Under the pieces are notes generated by a model. The model ran no database searches. It saw only the letters and a list, made by a program, of their open reading frames with translations, and was not told the origin of the DNA. A stretch of 64,000 bases of DNA from positions 197 through 64,196 of the forward strand of contig CAMBQQ010000004.1 of NCBI GenBank assembly GCA_945870035.1. Reading direction: 5' to 3'. Source of the DNA: Rhizobium sp. Q54 (lineage in GTDB: Bacteria > Pseudomonadota > Alphaproteobacteria > Rhizobiales > Xanthobacteraceae). Below, piece by piece: positions 41,262 through 52,144 of the stretch; positions within the stretch are counted from its first letter, which is position 1, and each line of letters opens with the position of its first letter. The position numbers and the translations under genes are program-made.

Positions 41262-42704
41262 CTACCGCGGCAGCGTCGTCTTTCCCATCAGGAATTTGTC
41301 GACCGCGTGCGCGCACTGGCGGCCTTCGCGGATCGCCCACACCACCAGCGACTGGCCGCGGCGCATATCGCCGGCGGTGAACACCTTCGGCACCGAGGTC
41401 AGATACGAACTGGTGTCGGCGCTGACATTGCCGCGCCCGTCAAGCGCGACATTGAGCGACTTCAGCATGCCCTCGTGCAGCGGATGCACGAAGCCCATGG
41501 CCAGCAAGACGAGGTCGGCCTCGATATCGAATTCGGTGCCGGGGATCGGCTTGAACTTGTCGTCGAGCCGCGCGCAGTGCAGCTTCTTCACCTGGCCGTT
41601 TTCGCCGGAGAAGCTCTGCGTACCGACCGCGAAATCGCGCTCGACGCCTTCCTGATGGCTCGACGAGGTGCGCAGCTTGAGCGGCCAGTCCGGCCAGGTC
41701 AGCAGCTTGTTTTCCATCGCCGGCGGTTGCGGCATGATTTCGAAATTGGCGACCGACGTCGCGCCTTGGCGGATCGAGGTGCCGATGCAGTCCGAGCCGG
41801 TGTCGCCGCCGCCGATGACGACGACTTTCTTGCCGGTCGCGAGGATAGGCTCGAGATTGCCGAGCGGCTCGTTGCCGACGCGCCGGTTCTGCTGCGGCAG
41901 GAAATCCATGGCGACATGGATGCCCTTCAACTCGCGGCCAGGGATCGGCAGGTCGCGCGGCTTCTCGGCGCCGCCCGACAGCACGACCGCGTCATGTTCG
42001 GCGACGAGCTTGGCGATATCGACATTGACGCCGACATCGGCGTTGTAATGGAACGTGACGCCTTCGCCTTCCATCTGCGCGATGCGGCGGTCGACGTGAA
42101 TCTTTTCCATCTTGAAGTCGGGAATGCCGTAGCGCAAAAGGCCGCCTGCCTTGGCCCAGCGCTCATAGACATGCACGTCATGGCCGGCGCGCGCCAATTG
42201 CTGCGCGGCGGCGAGCCCTGCCGGGCCGGAGCCGATCACGGCGACCTTCTTGCCTGTCTTGTGCGCGGCAACGTCGGGCTTCAGCCCTTGCGCGATGGCG
42301 CGGTCGGCGATCTCGCATTCGATGGTCTTGATGGTGACCGGGTTGTCGTCGATGTTGAGCGTGCAGGACGCCTCGCACGGCGCCGGGCAGACGCGGCCGG
42401 TGAATTCCGGGAAATTGTTGGTCGAGTGCAGATTGCGCGCGGCTTCTTCCCAGTCGCCGCGATAGACCAGATCGTTCCAGTCCGGAATCTGGTTGTTGAC
42501 CGGGCAGCCGGTCGGCACGTTGGAGAGAAGCTGTGTGCCGTGGCAATAGGGCACGCCGCAATCCATGCAGCGCGCCGCCTGCTCGCGCACTTCCTTTTCC
42601 GGAAGCGGCTGCACGAACTCACGGTAATGCTTTACGCGTTCCTCGACCGGTGCGTATTGGCGGTCGTGGCGGTCGATTTCGAGAAACCCGGTGATCTTGC
42701 CCAT
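41262..42704 (-). CDS. gltD: Glutamate synthase small subunit
   Basis: [23 protein letters not shown] and [14 protein letters not shown]. Confidence 0.96.
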   Translation of the reverse strand: MGKITGFLEIDRHDRQYAPVEERVKHYREFVQPLPEKEVREQAARCMDCGVPYCHGTQLLSNVPTGCPVNNQIPDWNDLVYRGDWEEAARNLHSTNNFPEFTGRVCPAPCEASCTLNIDDNPVTIKTIECEIADRAIAQGLKPDVAAHKTGKKVAVIGSGPAGLAAAQQLARAGHDVHVYERWAKAGGLLRYGIPDFKMEKIHVDRRIAQMEGEGVTFHYNADVGVNVDIAKLVAEHDAVVLSGGAEKPRDLPIPGRELKGIHVAMDFLPQQNRRVGNEPLGNLEPILATGKKVVVIGGGDTGSDCIGTSIRQGATSVANFEIMPQPPAMENKLLTWPDWPLKLRTSSSHQEGVERDFAVGTQSFSGENGQVKKLHCARLDDKFKPIPGTEFDIEADLVLLAMGFVHPLHEGMLKSLNVALDGRGNVSADTSSYLTSVPKVFTAGDMRRGQSLVVWAIREGRQCAHAVDKFLMGKTTLPR

Positions 42705-42705
42705 C

Positions 42706-45700
42706 TTACTCCGCCGCCTGCATCGTGGCGGCCTTTTCCTTTGCCATCTCAGCGAGCGCACGGGCGTATTCGACCGGCATCACTTTCTTGAATAGGGGAC
42801 GATAACGCTTCCAGTCGGTGAGGATCGCCTGCGCCCGGCCTGAACTGGTATAGCGCGCGTGGTCCGAAATCAATTTGTGCAGCCGCGCCGCATCGCCGTT
42901 GCTGAGGTCGGACATGACATCGACCATGCCGCTGGTTTCCAGCTCGACGCCGTATTCCTTCTCGGCGATCGCCTCTTCCTCGGGTACCGGCTCGAGCGCG
43001 ACCATCGCCATGTTGCAGCGGGTTTCGAACGTGCCGTCCTCGTCGAGGACATAGGCGATGCCGCCCGACATGCCGGCCGCGAAGTTGCGCCCGGTGCGGC
43101 CGAGCACGACGACGACGCCGCCGGTCATGTATTCGCAGCAGTGGTCGCCGGTGCCTTCCACGACGACAGTGGCGCCGGAGTTGCGCACGGCGAAGCGCTC
43201 GCCGGCGACGCCGCGGAAATAGCACTCGCCGGCAATGGCGCCGTACATCACGGTGTTGCCGACGATGATCGATTCTTCCGGCACGATGCTGGAATCCGCC
43301 GACGGGCGGATGACGATGCGGCCGCCCGACAGGCCCTTGCCGACATAATCGTTGGCTTCGCCTTCCAGTTCGAACGTGACGCCGGCGGCGAGCCAGGCGC
43401 CGAAGGCCTGGCCGGCGGTGCCGTCGAAGCGCACATGGATGGTGCCGTCGGGCAGGCCGGCATGGCCGTAGCGCTTGGCGACCTCGCCGGACAGCATCGC
43501 GCCGCAGCTGCGGTTGGTCGAATTGATCGCCGTCTGCAAGCGCACCGGCGCGCCACGGTCGAGCGCGGCCTGCGCGCCCGCAATCAGCTTGCGGTCAAGA
43601 ATCGCCTCAAGATGATGATCCTGCTTCTCGCAGTGGAAGATCGGTGTCTTGTCGTCGGCCTTCGGCTTGGTGAACAGCTTGGAGAAGTCGAGACCTTTGG
43701 CCTTCCAGTGTTCCACCAGCTTGCGCCGGTCGAGCATCTGCATCTGGCCGATCATTTCGTCGAAGGTGCGGTAGCCGAGCTGCGCCATGATCTCGCGCAC
43801 TTCCTCGGCGACGAAGAAGAAGTAGTTGATGACATGCTCTGGCTGGCCCTTGAAGCGCTTGCGCAGCACAGGATCCTGCGTGGCGATGCCGACGGGGCAG
43901 GTGTTGAGATGGCACTTGCGCATCATGATGCAGCCGGCGGCGATCAAAGGTGCGGTGGCGAAGCCGAATTCGTCGGCCCCCAGCAACGCGCCAACGACGA
44001 CGTCGCGGCCGGTGCGGATGCCGCCGTCGACCTGGACGGCAATGCGGCTGCGCAGTCTGTTGATGACGAGCGTCTGATGGGTCTCGGCCAGGCCGATTTC
44101 CCACGGGGAGCCGGCATGCTTGAGCGAGGTCAGCGGCGAGGCGCCGGTACCGCCTTCGAAACCCGAAATGGTGACATGGTCGGCGCGCGCCTTCGAAACG
44201 CCGGCGGCTACGGTGCCGACGCCGATTTCGGAGACGAGCTTGACCGAGACATCGCCCGACGGGTTGACGTTCTTGAGGTCGTAGATGAGCTGCGCGAGAT
44301 CCTCGATCGAATAGATGTCGTGATGCGGCGGCGGCGAAATCAGGCCGACGCCGGGCGTCGAATAGCGCACCGCGGCGATGGTCTTGTCGACCTTGTGGCC
44401 GGGCAACTGGCCGCCTTCGCCGGGCTTGGCGCCTTGCGCCATCTTGATCTGCATCATGTCCGAGTTGACGAGATACTCGGTGGTGACGCCGAAACGGCCC
44501 GACGCCACCTGCTTGATGGCGGAGCGCATTGAGTCGCCGTTCGGCATCGGCTTGAAGCGATCCGCTTCTTCGCCACCTTCGCCGGTGTTCGACTTGCCGC
44601 CAATTCGGTTCATTGCAATGGCGAGAGTCGTGTGCGCCTCGCGCGAGATCGAGCCATAGGACATGGCGCCGGTCGAGAAGCGGTGCACGATGTTCTTGGC
44701 CGGCTCGACTTCGTCGAGCGGCACCGGCTTGCGGCCGGCCTGTTCCGCGGTCTTGATCTCGAACAGGCCGCGAATGGTCAGCAAATGTTGGCTTTGGTCG
44801 TTGATGAGCTTGGCGTAGGCGCGATAGTGATCCTGCGAATTGCCGCGCACGGCATGCTGGAGCCGCGACACCGTCTCGGCGGTCCAGACATGATCTTCGC
44901 CGCGCACGCGCACCGCATAGTCGCCGCCGACATCGAGCATGGTGCGGTAGATCGGCGCGTCGCTGAACGCGGTGCGGTGACGCCGCACGGTTTCCTCGGC
45001 GATTTCCGGCAGGCCGACGCCCTCGATCTGGGTGTGCGTGCCGGTGAAGTACTTGGCGATGAAATCCTGACGCAGTCCGACGGCGTCGAAAATCTGCGCG
45101 CCGCAATAGGACTGGTACGTCGAGATGCCCATCTTCGACATGACCTTGAGGAGGCCCTTGTCGATCGACTTGATGTAGCGCTTGACGATTTCGTAAGGCT
45201 CGATCTTGGCCGGCAGCGTGTCCTTCATCGCCACCAACGTCTCGAAAGCCAGATACGGGTTGATCGCTTCGGCGCCATAGCCGGCCAGACAGGCGAAGTG
45301 ATGCACTTCGCGCGGTTCGCCGGTTTCAAGCACCAGGCCGACGGCCGTGCGCAAGCCCTTGCGGATCAGATGATGATGCACGGCGGCGCAGGCGAGCAGC
45401 ATCGGGATCGGGATGCGGTCGGCGCCGGCCTTGCGGTCGGACAGGATGATGATGTTGCAGCCGCCGTTGACCTCTTCCTCGGCGCGCACGCACAATTCGT
45501 CGATCGCCCAGTCCATGCCGTCGGCGCCGTGTTCCGCCGGGTAGGTGACGTCGAAAGTCAGCGACTTGAAATGGTCGCCGGTCATTTCCGAGATCGAACG
45601 GATCTTTTCCAGATCCTCATTGGTGAGGATCGGCTGGCGCACTTCGAGACGCTTGGTGTTCGACATGCCTTCGTGGTCGAGCAGGTTCGGGCGCGGCCCG

Positions 45701-47430
45701 ATGATCGACACCAGGCTCATCACCAGTTCTTCGCGGATCGGATCGATCGGCGGGTTGGTGACCTGCGCGAAGTTCTGCTTGAAATAGGTGAACAGCGGCT
45801 TGGCTTTGTCCGATAGCGCCGAAATCGGCGTGTCGTTGCCCATCGAGCCGATGGCTTCCTCGCCGGTCGAGCCCATCGGCGTCATCAGGATCTTGACGTC
45901 TTCCTGAGTGTAACCGAACAGTTGCTGGCGATCGAGCAAAGCCAGGTTCGAGATCGGCGAGACATTGGCCGCGCCCGGCAGTTCTTCCAGCACGATCTGC
46001 GTGCGGGTCAGCCACTCGCGGTACGGATGGCTCTTGGCGAGCGTGGCTTTCAGTTCCTCGTCGGGGATGAGGCGGCCTTCTTCGAGATCGACCAGCAGCA
46101 TCTTGCCGGGTTGCAGGCGCCACTTCTTGACGATGTCCTTTTCCGGAATGGGCAGCACGCCCATTTCCGAGGCCATGATGATGCGGTCGTCCTTGGTCAG
46201 CAGATAGCGCGCCGGCCGCAAGCCGTTACGGTCGAGCGTGGCGCCGATCTGGCGGCCGTTGGTGAAAGCAATCGCGGCCGGTCCGTCCCACGGCTCCATC
46301 AGCGCGGCGTTGTATTCGTAGAACGAGCGGCGCTCTTCGTCCATCAGCGGATTGCCGGCCCAGGCTTCCGGAATCATCATCATCACGGCGTGCGCCAGCG
46401 AGTAGCCGCCCTGCGTCAGGAATTCGAGCGCGTTGTCGAAGCAGGCGGTGTCGGACTGGCCTTCGTAGGAGATTGGCCACAGCTTCTTGATGTCCTTGCC
46501 GAACAAAGGCGAAGACACGGAAGCCTGGCGCGCCGCCATCCAGTTGACGTTGCCGCGCAGCGTGTTGATTTCGCCGTTGTGCGCGACCATGCGGTACGGA
46601 TGCGCCAGCGACCAGGCCGGGAAGGTGTTGGTCGAAAAGCGTTGATGCACCAGTGCAATGGCGCTCTCGAAATCCGGGTCGTGCAGGTCGGGATAATACT
46701 TGCCGAGCTGGTCGGCGAGGAACATGCCCTTGTAGATGACCGTGCGGCACGAGATCGACACTGGGTAATAGCTCGACGTGCGCCGTTCGCGGCGGCGATA
46801 GATCGCGTTCGAGATCGACTTACGCAGGATATAGAGCCGGCGTTCGAATTCGTCCTCGGTCATTTTCTTCTTGCCGCGGCCGATGAACACCTGCTTGTGG
46901 CGCGGCTCGGTCGGGATCACCGACTCGCCGAGCGATGAGTTGTCCTTCGGCACATCGCGCCAGCCGATGAGGGTGAGGCCCTCGCGGGCGATCACGTCGG
47001 CATAGATGTCGCGGATGATCTGCCGCCAGGTTTCTTCCTGCGGCATGAACAATTGGCCCACGGCATATTGGCCGGGCTCCGGCAAAGTGAAGCCGAGCCG
47101 GGTCGCTTCCTTGGCGAAAAACTTGTGCGGGATCTGCACCAGAATGCCGGCGCCGTCGCCCATGCGCGGATCGGCCCCGGTGGCGCCGCGGTGTTCGAGG
47201 TTGCACAGGATCTGCAACCCGTCCTGCACGATCTGGTGCGACTTGCGGCCCTTGATGTCGGCAACGAAGCCGACGCCGCAGGCGTCGCTGTCGAGCGCGG
47301 GATCGTAAAGACCTTGCGCCTCCGGCGTGCCCGGATCGGCGGTCGAGCCCATGAACGGCGCGTTGGCGTCATCGCTTTTGCGCGATGCGTCAATCCGGGA
47401 AAATCCTGCGCCGTGCTTATGCTCGCTCAT
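42706..47430 (-). CDS. gltB: Glutamate synthase large subunit
   Basis: CGVGF nucleophile, [21 protein letters not shown] and CHLNTCPVG. Confidence 0.97.
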   Translation of the reverse strand: MSEHKHGAGFSRIDASRKSDDANAPFMGSTADPGTPEAQGLYDPALDSDACGVGFVADIKGRKSHQIVQDGLQILCNLEHRGATGADPRMGDGAGILVQIPHKFFAKEATRLGFTLPEPGQYAVGQLFMPQEETWRQIIRDIYADVIAREGLTLIGWRDVPKDNSSLGESVIPTEPRHKQVFIGRGKKKMTEDEFERRLYILRKSISNAIYRRRERRTSSYYPVSISCRTVIYKGMFLADQLGKYYPDLHDPDFESAIALVHQRFSTNTFPAWSLAHPYRMVAHNGEINTLRGNVNWMAARQASVSSPLFGKDIKKLWPISYEGQSDTACFDNALEFLTQGGYSLAHAVMMMIPEAWAGNPLMDEERRSFYEYNAALMEPWDGPAAIAFTNGRQIGATLDRNGLRPARYLLTKDDRIIMASEMGVLPIPEKDIVKKWRLQPGKMLLVDLEEGRLIPDEELKATLAKSHPYREWLTRTQIVLEELPGAANVSPISNLALLDRQQLFGYTQEDVKILMTPMGSTGEEAIGSMGNDTPISALSDKAKPLFTYFKQNFAQVTNPPIDPIREELVMSLVSIIGPRPNLLDHEGMSNTKRLEVRQPILTNEDLEKIRSISEMTGDHFKSLTFDVTYPAEHGADGMDWAIDELCVRAEEEVNGGCNIIILSDRKAGADRIPIPMLLACAAVHHHLIRKGLRTAVGLVLETGEPREVHHFACLAGYGAEAINPYLAFETLVAMKDTLPAKIEPYEIVKRYIKSIDKGLLKVMSKMGISTYQSYCGAQIFDAVGLRQDFIAKYFTGTHTQIEGVGLPEIAEETVRRHRTAFSDAPIYRTMLDVGGDYAVRVRGEDHVWTAETVSRLQHAVRGNSQDHYRAYAKLINDQSQHLLTIRGLFEIKTAEQAGRKPVPLDEVEPAKNIVHRFSTGAMSYGSISREAHTTLAIAMNRIGGKSNTGEGGEEADRFKPMPNGDSMRSAIKQVASGRFGVTTEYLVNSDMMQIKMAQGAKPGEGGQLPGHKVDKTIAAVRYSTPGVGLISPPPHHDIYSIEDLAQLIYDLKNVNPSGDVSVKLVSEIGVGTVAAGVSKARADHVTISGFEGGTGASPLTSLKHAGSPWEIGLAETHQTLVINRLRSRIAVQVDGGIRTGRDVVVGALLGADEFGFATAPLIAAGCIMMRKCHLNTCPVGIATQDPVLRKRFKGQPEHVINYFFFVAEEVREIMAQLGYRTFDEMIGQMQMLDRRKLVEHWKAKGLDFSKLFTKPKADDKTPIFHCEKQDHHLEAILDRKLIAGAQAALDRGAPVRLQTAINSTNRSCGAMLSGEVAKRYGHAGLPDGTIHVRFDGTAGQAFGAWLAAGVTFELEGEANDYVGKGLSGGRIVIRPSADSSIVPEESIIVGNTVMYGAIAGECYFRGVAGERFAVRNSGATVVVEGTGDHCCEYMTGGVVVVLGRTGRNFAAGMSGGIAYVLDEDGTFETRCNMAMVALEPVPEEEAIAEKEYGVELETSGMVDVMSDLSNGDAARLHKLISDHARYTSSGRAQAILTDWKRYRPLFKKVMPVEYARALAEMAKEKAATMQAAE

Positions 47431-47534
47431 ATCGTCCTGCCTCGCCGGTGACGTCCGGCGTACTCGCCCGTCCGCGGTAACCCACGATTTTCGCGCGCCA
47501 AATTCCAGACGCTCGGCATCGCGGGCTATTCGCA

Positions 47535-47559
47535 ATTAGGACAGCATTGCTGTCCTAAT
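47535..47559. promoter_or_regulatory. Perfect 25-bp palindrome upstream of gltB (putative operator)
   Basis: attaggacagca-t-tgctgtcctaat. Confidence 0.6.
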
Positions 47560-47813
47560 GGACCATGCCAAATTTTGCCCCGCTGCACAAGACTGGTCCA
47601 CGTCCAAACTGACCCGTCGTTGCGCTTTATTGCGGGCTTGCCTTCCTGCCAAGCAAGAACAGGACCACGGGCGCACATTTTGCGCAATGGCGTTGCGTCC
47701 TCCCTAGGCCGGCAAATCGGCAGCCGGATTAACCGTTTAACGGTGAATCCGGGAAATCGCCGCGTCCCGGCGAGCCTTGGCTATGGTCATGGAAACCTGA
47801 AATTCCCGACGGA

Positions 47814-48560
47814 GTGGCCGACATGATCACCAACTCATCCACCTTGCCGAACCTGGCTGAGCGTGCCGCCGGCGAAGCCGCGATGGCACGGCTGGCCGAC
47901 CGGCTGACCGCGATGGCGCCGCCGCCGATGAACCTGACCCCGACCGATATCGTGCGGCCGGCTTTCACCCCGTCGCCAGCGCTCAGCGCTAGCGCGGCGA
48001 TCGCGCGCCGCGCCCATGAGCGCGCCCGCCGCTCGCGCTCGATTATCGGCATGTCGGTCGACAGCTTCATTTCCGCCTGTTCGTTCGTGCCTTATGCGCT
48101 GGTCGCTCTTGGCCTGCGGCTCATCATGGCGCGGCTGTTCTTCCTCGACGGCCAGACCCGCGTCGACGGTCTGCGCCTGTCGTTCAACCCGCTGGATTAC
48201 GGCAACGTCGATTTCCTGCGCGGCTTCGATTTTTCGGTTGTGCTGCCGATGCAGGTGAATGCACAGACCTTCACCGCGTTCTCGGTGCAGTATCCGCCGA
48301 TCCCGGTGCCGCCGGTGCTGGCCGCCTATCTGGTGAGCTACGCCGAATTCATCCTGCCCATCATGCTGGTCATCGGCCTCGGCACGCGCTTCGCGGCGCT
48401 CGGCCGGCTGATCATGACGGCGATGATTTCGTACTTCGTGCTGCCGCACGCTCTGTTCACGACCCACATTTTCTGGGCGGCTATTCTGATGGTGCTGATC
48501 TCGCGCGGCCCCGGCCAGATCTCGGTCGACCACATCATCCGCAAACTCGCCCGCCGTTAA
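47814..48560 (+). CDS. DoxX family membrane protein with N-terminal extension
   Basis: LRLIMARLFF, AEFILPIMLVIGLGTRFAALG and RGPGQISVD. Confidence 0.82.
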   Translation: MADMITNSSTLPNLAERAAGEAAMARLADRLTAMAPPPMNLTPTDIVRPAFTPSPALSASAAIARRAHERARRSRSIIGMSVDSFISACSFVPYALVALGLRLIMARLFFLDGQTRVDGLRLSFNPLDYGNVDFLRGFDFSVVLPMQVNAQTFTAFSVQYPPIPVPPVLAAYLVSYAEFILPIMLVIGLGTRFAALGRLIMTAMISYFVLPHALFTTHIFWAAILMVLISRGPGQISVDHIIRKLARR

Positions 48561-48582
48561 GGCCGGGCAAAAGGCAGGCGCT

Positions 48583-49323
48583 TTGACAAAGCCGTTGACC
48601 GTCGGCTTGGCGTTCGCGGCGATGATCGCCGGCGCGCTGGTGCTGGACACGTTCGATAAGGCGCCGCCGTCGTCCGCCGCTGTCGTGACGGAAGCCGCCG
48701 CCGCTGAGGTCGAGCCGGAGCCGGTAGTCGTGCGCATGGCGCAGCTTGCGGTCACTCAGCCCTATATGTTCGACTACGAACGCGGGCCGCGCATCATCCA
48801 TGTGCCGCAGCCCGGCGAGCGCGTTGCCAGCCGTCCGGCCGCGCGCGCCAGCATCGAACGCCGTCCACCGCCTGTGGCCATCGAAGAAGACGACGAGGAC
48901 GAGTACGTACCGCCGCCGCGTCCGCGAGCGGTAACACCAAAACCGCGCGTGGCCGCCACGCCGCCGCAACCGCCGGCCGCGATCACACCGCGCTGGAAAC
49001 TGCGCAGCGAATCGCCGCCGCCGCCGCCACCCGGCCCCCGCCGCGCGATCCTGAGCGCGCCGCCGCCGAGCGCCGAGGGACCGACGCCGTTGCGGCCGCC
49101 GCCGCGCTTCGACGCCAAGGCTGAAAAGGGCCAGAAATTTGCAGCACCAAGCGAGCCGGTCGCGCCCGCGCCGGTGGTGAGCGAAAGCCAGCCGCCGCTC
49201 GGGTATTCGCCGCCGCCCATGCCGGCAACGCTGACAGCAACAGCGATGCCGGAAGCGCAGCCTGAGGAAACCCAGGCCAATCCTGCCGGGTCCCTGCCTG
49301 TCGAGGCAGCACCGGCAGAGTGA
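48583..49323 (+). CDS. Hypothetical Pro-rich protein with N-terminal anchor or signal
   Basis: Hydrophobic N-terminus, then a Pro/Ala/Arg-rich region; ends before a terminator. Confidence 0.6.
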   Translation: MTKPLTVGLAFAAMIAGALVLDTFDKAPPSSAAVVTEAAAAEVEPEPVVVRMAQLAVTQPYMFDYERGPRIIHVPQPGERVASRPAARASIERRPPPVAIEEDDEDEYVPPPRPRAVTPKPRVAATPPQPPAAITPRWKLRSESPPPPPPGPRRAILSAPPPSAEGPTPLRPPPRFDAKAEKGQKFAAPSEPVAPAPVVSESQPPLGYSPPPMPATLTATAMPEAQPEETQANPAGSLPVEAAPAE

Positions 49324-49345
49324 CCCAAAACGTCAGCGCAAAATA

Positions 49346-49372
49346 AAAGCGCCCCGGAATTTCCGGGGCGCC
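49346..49372. terminator. Bidirectional terminator
   Basis: aaa-gcgccccggaa-t-ttccggggcgc between convergent genes. Confidence 0.75.
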
Positions 49373-49404
49373 GACGTTTTCATGTTTTGGAGAACGCCTT
49401 AGGT

Positions 49405-49872
49405 TCAGGCGGCGACTTTGTTTTCGACGACCTGCGGCTTGGCAGAGGCGTTACTTTGGGCGTTGCCGATCGGGATCTGGCGCGGCTTCTTGGCCTCGGG
49501 GATTTCCCGCACCAGTTCGACGTGCAGCAAACCGTTCTCCAGCACCGCGTTCTTCACCGTAACGTAGTCGGCGAGCTGGAACTGGCGCTCGAAGGCGCGC
49601 GCGGCGATGCCCTGATACAGAACTTCGCCGTTCTGCTCGGACGTCGTCTGCTTGGCGCCCTTGATGGTCAGCGTGTTCTCTTTCGATTCTATCGAAAGCT
49701 CGTTCTCGCCAAAGCCGGCCACCGCGACGGTGACGCGGTAGTCGTTCTCGCCGGTGCGCTCGATGTTATAGGGCGGATAGCCCGGAGCGGCTTCGGCGCC
49801 GTCCATCAGCGAAAACAACCGGTCGAAACCGACGGTGGAACGATAAAGCGGGGAGAGGTCGAAAGTACGCAT
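49405..49872 (-). CDS. ibpA: Small heat-shock protein (Hsp20)
   Basis: MRTFDLSPLYRSTVGFD, YPPYNIE, LYQGIAARAFER and NGLLH. Confidence 0.96.
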   Translation of the reverse strand: MRTFDLSPLYRSTVGFDRLFSLMDGAEAAPGYPPYNIERTGENDYRVTVAVAGFGENELSIESKENTLTIKGAKQTTSEQNGEVLYQGIAARAFERQFQLADYVTVKNAVLENGLLHVELVREIPEAKKPRQIPIGNAQSNASAKPQVVENKVAA

Positions 49873-49975
49873 AGTTCAAGTCCTCCTGTGAGCGACTTCG
49901 TGGGATGTCCCCGGGCAAGTCCGCCGAATGGCCGAACCGTTAGCCCGAGGCGCAGCCTTTATGGCCTGCGCAAAA
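49873..49975 (-). promoter_or_regulatory. ROSE-type RNA thermometer in the ibpA 5' UTR
   Basis: SD-sequestering hairpin AAGUC-G(bulge)-CUC-ACAG-GAG-GACUU containing the UCGCU motif (49878-49898), with upstream hairpins. Confidence 0.85.
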
Positions 49976-49978
49976 CAG

Positions 49979-50007
49979 ATATGGGAATGTCATTTCGGTC
50001 CCGCAAG
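49979..50007 (-). promoter_or_regulatory. RpoH (sigma32)-like promoter of ibpA
   Basis: Minus strand CTTG-N18-CCCATAT. Confidence 0.7.
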
Positions 50008-50137
50008 AGGCCGGCGATATTCCGCCAAATCATTGAAATAATAGAATTTTTTTAGTTTTCGACGCGGCTTAACAAATCGGACTGCAATACTCTATAAGGC
50101 GCAAAGCCCCTCGCGCATCGGCTCACCTCGCGGCGTC

Positions 50138-51082
50138 ATGAAATTCATCTCCATTCCCGCTAATCCGGTGCCCGACAACGGGATGGCCGGCGTCATCAAG
50201 ACCCCGGACGGGGTGACGCTGCGCTTTGGCCGATGGGATCCGCCGCCGGGCCGCAAGGGTACCGTCGTCATCCTGCAAGGCCGCTCGGAATACATCGAAA
50301 AATATTTCGAGACGGTGCGCGATCTGCGCGCGCGCGGCTTCGCCGTCGCGACCTTTGACTGGCGGGGGCAGGGCCTGTCGGATCGTGCGCTTGCCGATCG
50401 CCGCAAGGGCCACGTCAAGAGTTTCTCGCAATACGCCACCGACCTCGCCGCCTTCATGGAACAGGTCGTGCTGCCGGATTGTCCGCCGCCGTATTTCGCG
50501 CTCGGCCATTCCATGGGCGGGGCTATCACCATCGCCTCCTGCCATGACGGCAGCCGCTGGTTCGAGCGCGTCGTCCTGACCGCGCCGATGATCGCGCTGC
50601 GGCCCGGCAAGCTGACGCACATCGCCGGGCCGCTGGCGCGCATCATGCGTTTCTTCGGCCGCGGCGCCGCCTATGTGCCGACCGGCGACAGCCACCTGTC
50701 CGGTACGGAAAATTTCATCGGCAATGTGCTGACGTCGGATCCGGTTCGCTTCGCGCGCAATGCGGCGGTGTTGCAGGAAGAACCCGAACTCGGCCTCGGC
50801 GCGCCGACCATCGCCTGGGCCGACGGCGCCATTCGCCTGATGAAGAAATTCGCCGTGCCGTCTTACGCCGCGCGCATTCGCCAGCCGATGCTGCTGGTGG
50901 CGGCCGGTTACGACGAGGTGGTCTCGACCTCGGCGATCGAAGCCTTCGGCATGAACCTACTGGCCGGGCGGCATCTTATTTTGCCCGGCGCCAAGCACGA
51001 GATCCTGCAAGAACAGGATGCCTTCCGCGCCCAGTTCTGGGCGGCGTTCGACGCTTTCGTGCCCGGCACGCCGCGCTATTAG
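50138..51082 (+). CDS. Alpha/beta hydrolase (lysophospholipase L2-like)
   Basis: DWRGQGLS, GHSMGG and AKHEILQE. Confidence 0.9.
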   Translation: MKFISIPANPVPDNGMAGVIKTPDGVTLRFGRWDPPPGRKGTVVILQGRSEYIEKYFETVRDLRARGFAVATFDWRGQGLSDRALADRRKGHVKSFSQYATDLAAFMEQVVLPDCPPPYFALGHSMGGAITIASCHDGSRWFERVVLTAPMIALRPGKLTHIAGPLARIMRFFGRGAAYVPTGDSHLSGTENFIGNVLTSDPVRFARNAAVLQEEPELGLGAPTIAWADGAIRLMKKFAVPSYAARIRQPMLLVAAGYDEVVSTSAIEAFGMNLLAGRHLILPGAKHEILQEQDAFRAQFWAAFDAFVPGTPRY

Positions 51083-51150
51083 CTGCCGCCAATAGGAAAC
51101 GCCGGCAGCCTTGCGGCCGCCGGCGTCTCGTCAGTGCTTCTGCCGCTCAA

Positions 51151-52107
51151 TCAGCGCGGCGGAATCTGGATCAGATCGTCGAGCTGCGCCTTGGTCAGTT
51201 CGCTGGCCGTGAATTTCAGCGTGACCGCGTCCTTTACGATGGTGTCCAGGCCCACGATCGTGTCGGGCTCGATCGCCGCGCGCGGGAAGAACTCTCGCGT
51301 GCGCTTGGCCTTGGCTTCGGTAATCTTCAGCCAATCCGAATAGACCTTCAGCGCGTTCGGATCGGTATAGAGATAGTTCACCGTCTCGCGGTAGGCTTTC
51401 ATGTAACGGGCGACGACGTCCTTGTTCTTCTTGAGATAGTCGGCATTGGCGATATTGAGCCGCACCGTCTGTCCTTTAAATACCGCGGCGTCATTGCCGG
51501 TGGCGATGATGCGGATCTGCTTGGCGTCGAGCTGATCGAGGCCGAAGGGCGGCGCCGCCCAGCCGACATCGATCTGCCCGGACATCACCGCCGTGATGTT
51601 GGCGGCCGGTCCGCCCATCGAGGTCGGCTTGGCCTTCAGCTTGTATTGCTCGATGAAGGCCTTGACGACGCCGTGCGTCGACGAGCCATTGGTGGAATAA
51701 GCGAGAATCTTGTCGTCGGTATCCTTCAAGGTCTTGATCGGCGAATCCGCCTTCACATACCAATACAGATCGCCGGCGCCGGTGGTCTCGGCGCCGATAA
51801 CCCGCACCGGCGCGCCTTTTGAATAGGCGCTGAGCACGCCCATCACGCCGGCGGCAATGCCGATATCGACGCTGCCGGAAATTACCGCTTGCTGGGTTTC
51901 GCCGGCGCCTTGCGTGTAGACGATCTCCAGCTTCAGCCCATGTTTCTTGAAGATGCCGGCCATCTGGCCGACTTCCGATACTGAGGTATCCCAGTTGCCG
52001 CGCTGGCCGACGGCCAGATTGATGGTGTCTTCGGCGGATGCGGTTGTTGCCGATGCCGCCAGAAGCGACAGCGCCGTCAGTGCACCGACTACTGTTCTCT
52101 TGTTCAT
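51151..52107 (-). CDS. ABC substrate-binding protein (NMT1/SsuA-like), solitary
   Basis: Signal peptide, GIFKKHGLKLE and SGQIDVG. Confidence 0.85.
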   Translation of the reverse strand: MNKRTVVGALTALSLLAASATTASAEDTINLAVGQRGNWDTSVSEVGQMAGIFKKHGLKLEIVYTQGAGETQQAVISGSVDIGIAAGVMGVLSAYSKGAPVRVIGAETTGAGDLYWYVKADSPIKTLKDTDDKILAYSTNGSSTHGVVKAFIEQYKLKAKPTSMGGPAANITAVMSGQIDVGWAAPPFGLDQLDAKQIRIIATGNDAAVFKGQTVRLNIANADYLKKNKDVVARYMKAYRETVNYLYTDPNALKVYSDWLKITEAKAKRTREFFPRAAIEPDTIVGLDTIVKDAVTLKFTASELTKAQLDDLIQIPPR

Positions 52108-52144
52108 ATCGTCCTCCCTGAGTTTTTTATGGTTGTACTTGTTT

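Noticed and set aside
41307-46938. Long plus-strand ORFs opposite gltBD
   Set aside because: Shadow frames of well-supported genes.
47431-47535. Extended gltB N-terminus or leader peptide
   Set aside because: TTG start without SD and no informative codon run; ATG 47430 has an AGGA SD.
47729-47741. CtrA site upstream of doxX
   Set aside because: The two TTAA half-sites are 4 nt apart, not 7.
51151-52107. Binding protein as 4,5-dihydroxyphthalate decarboxylase (similar fold)
   Set aside because: It has a clear signal peptide and no decarboxylase-like N-terminus that I recognise.
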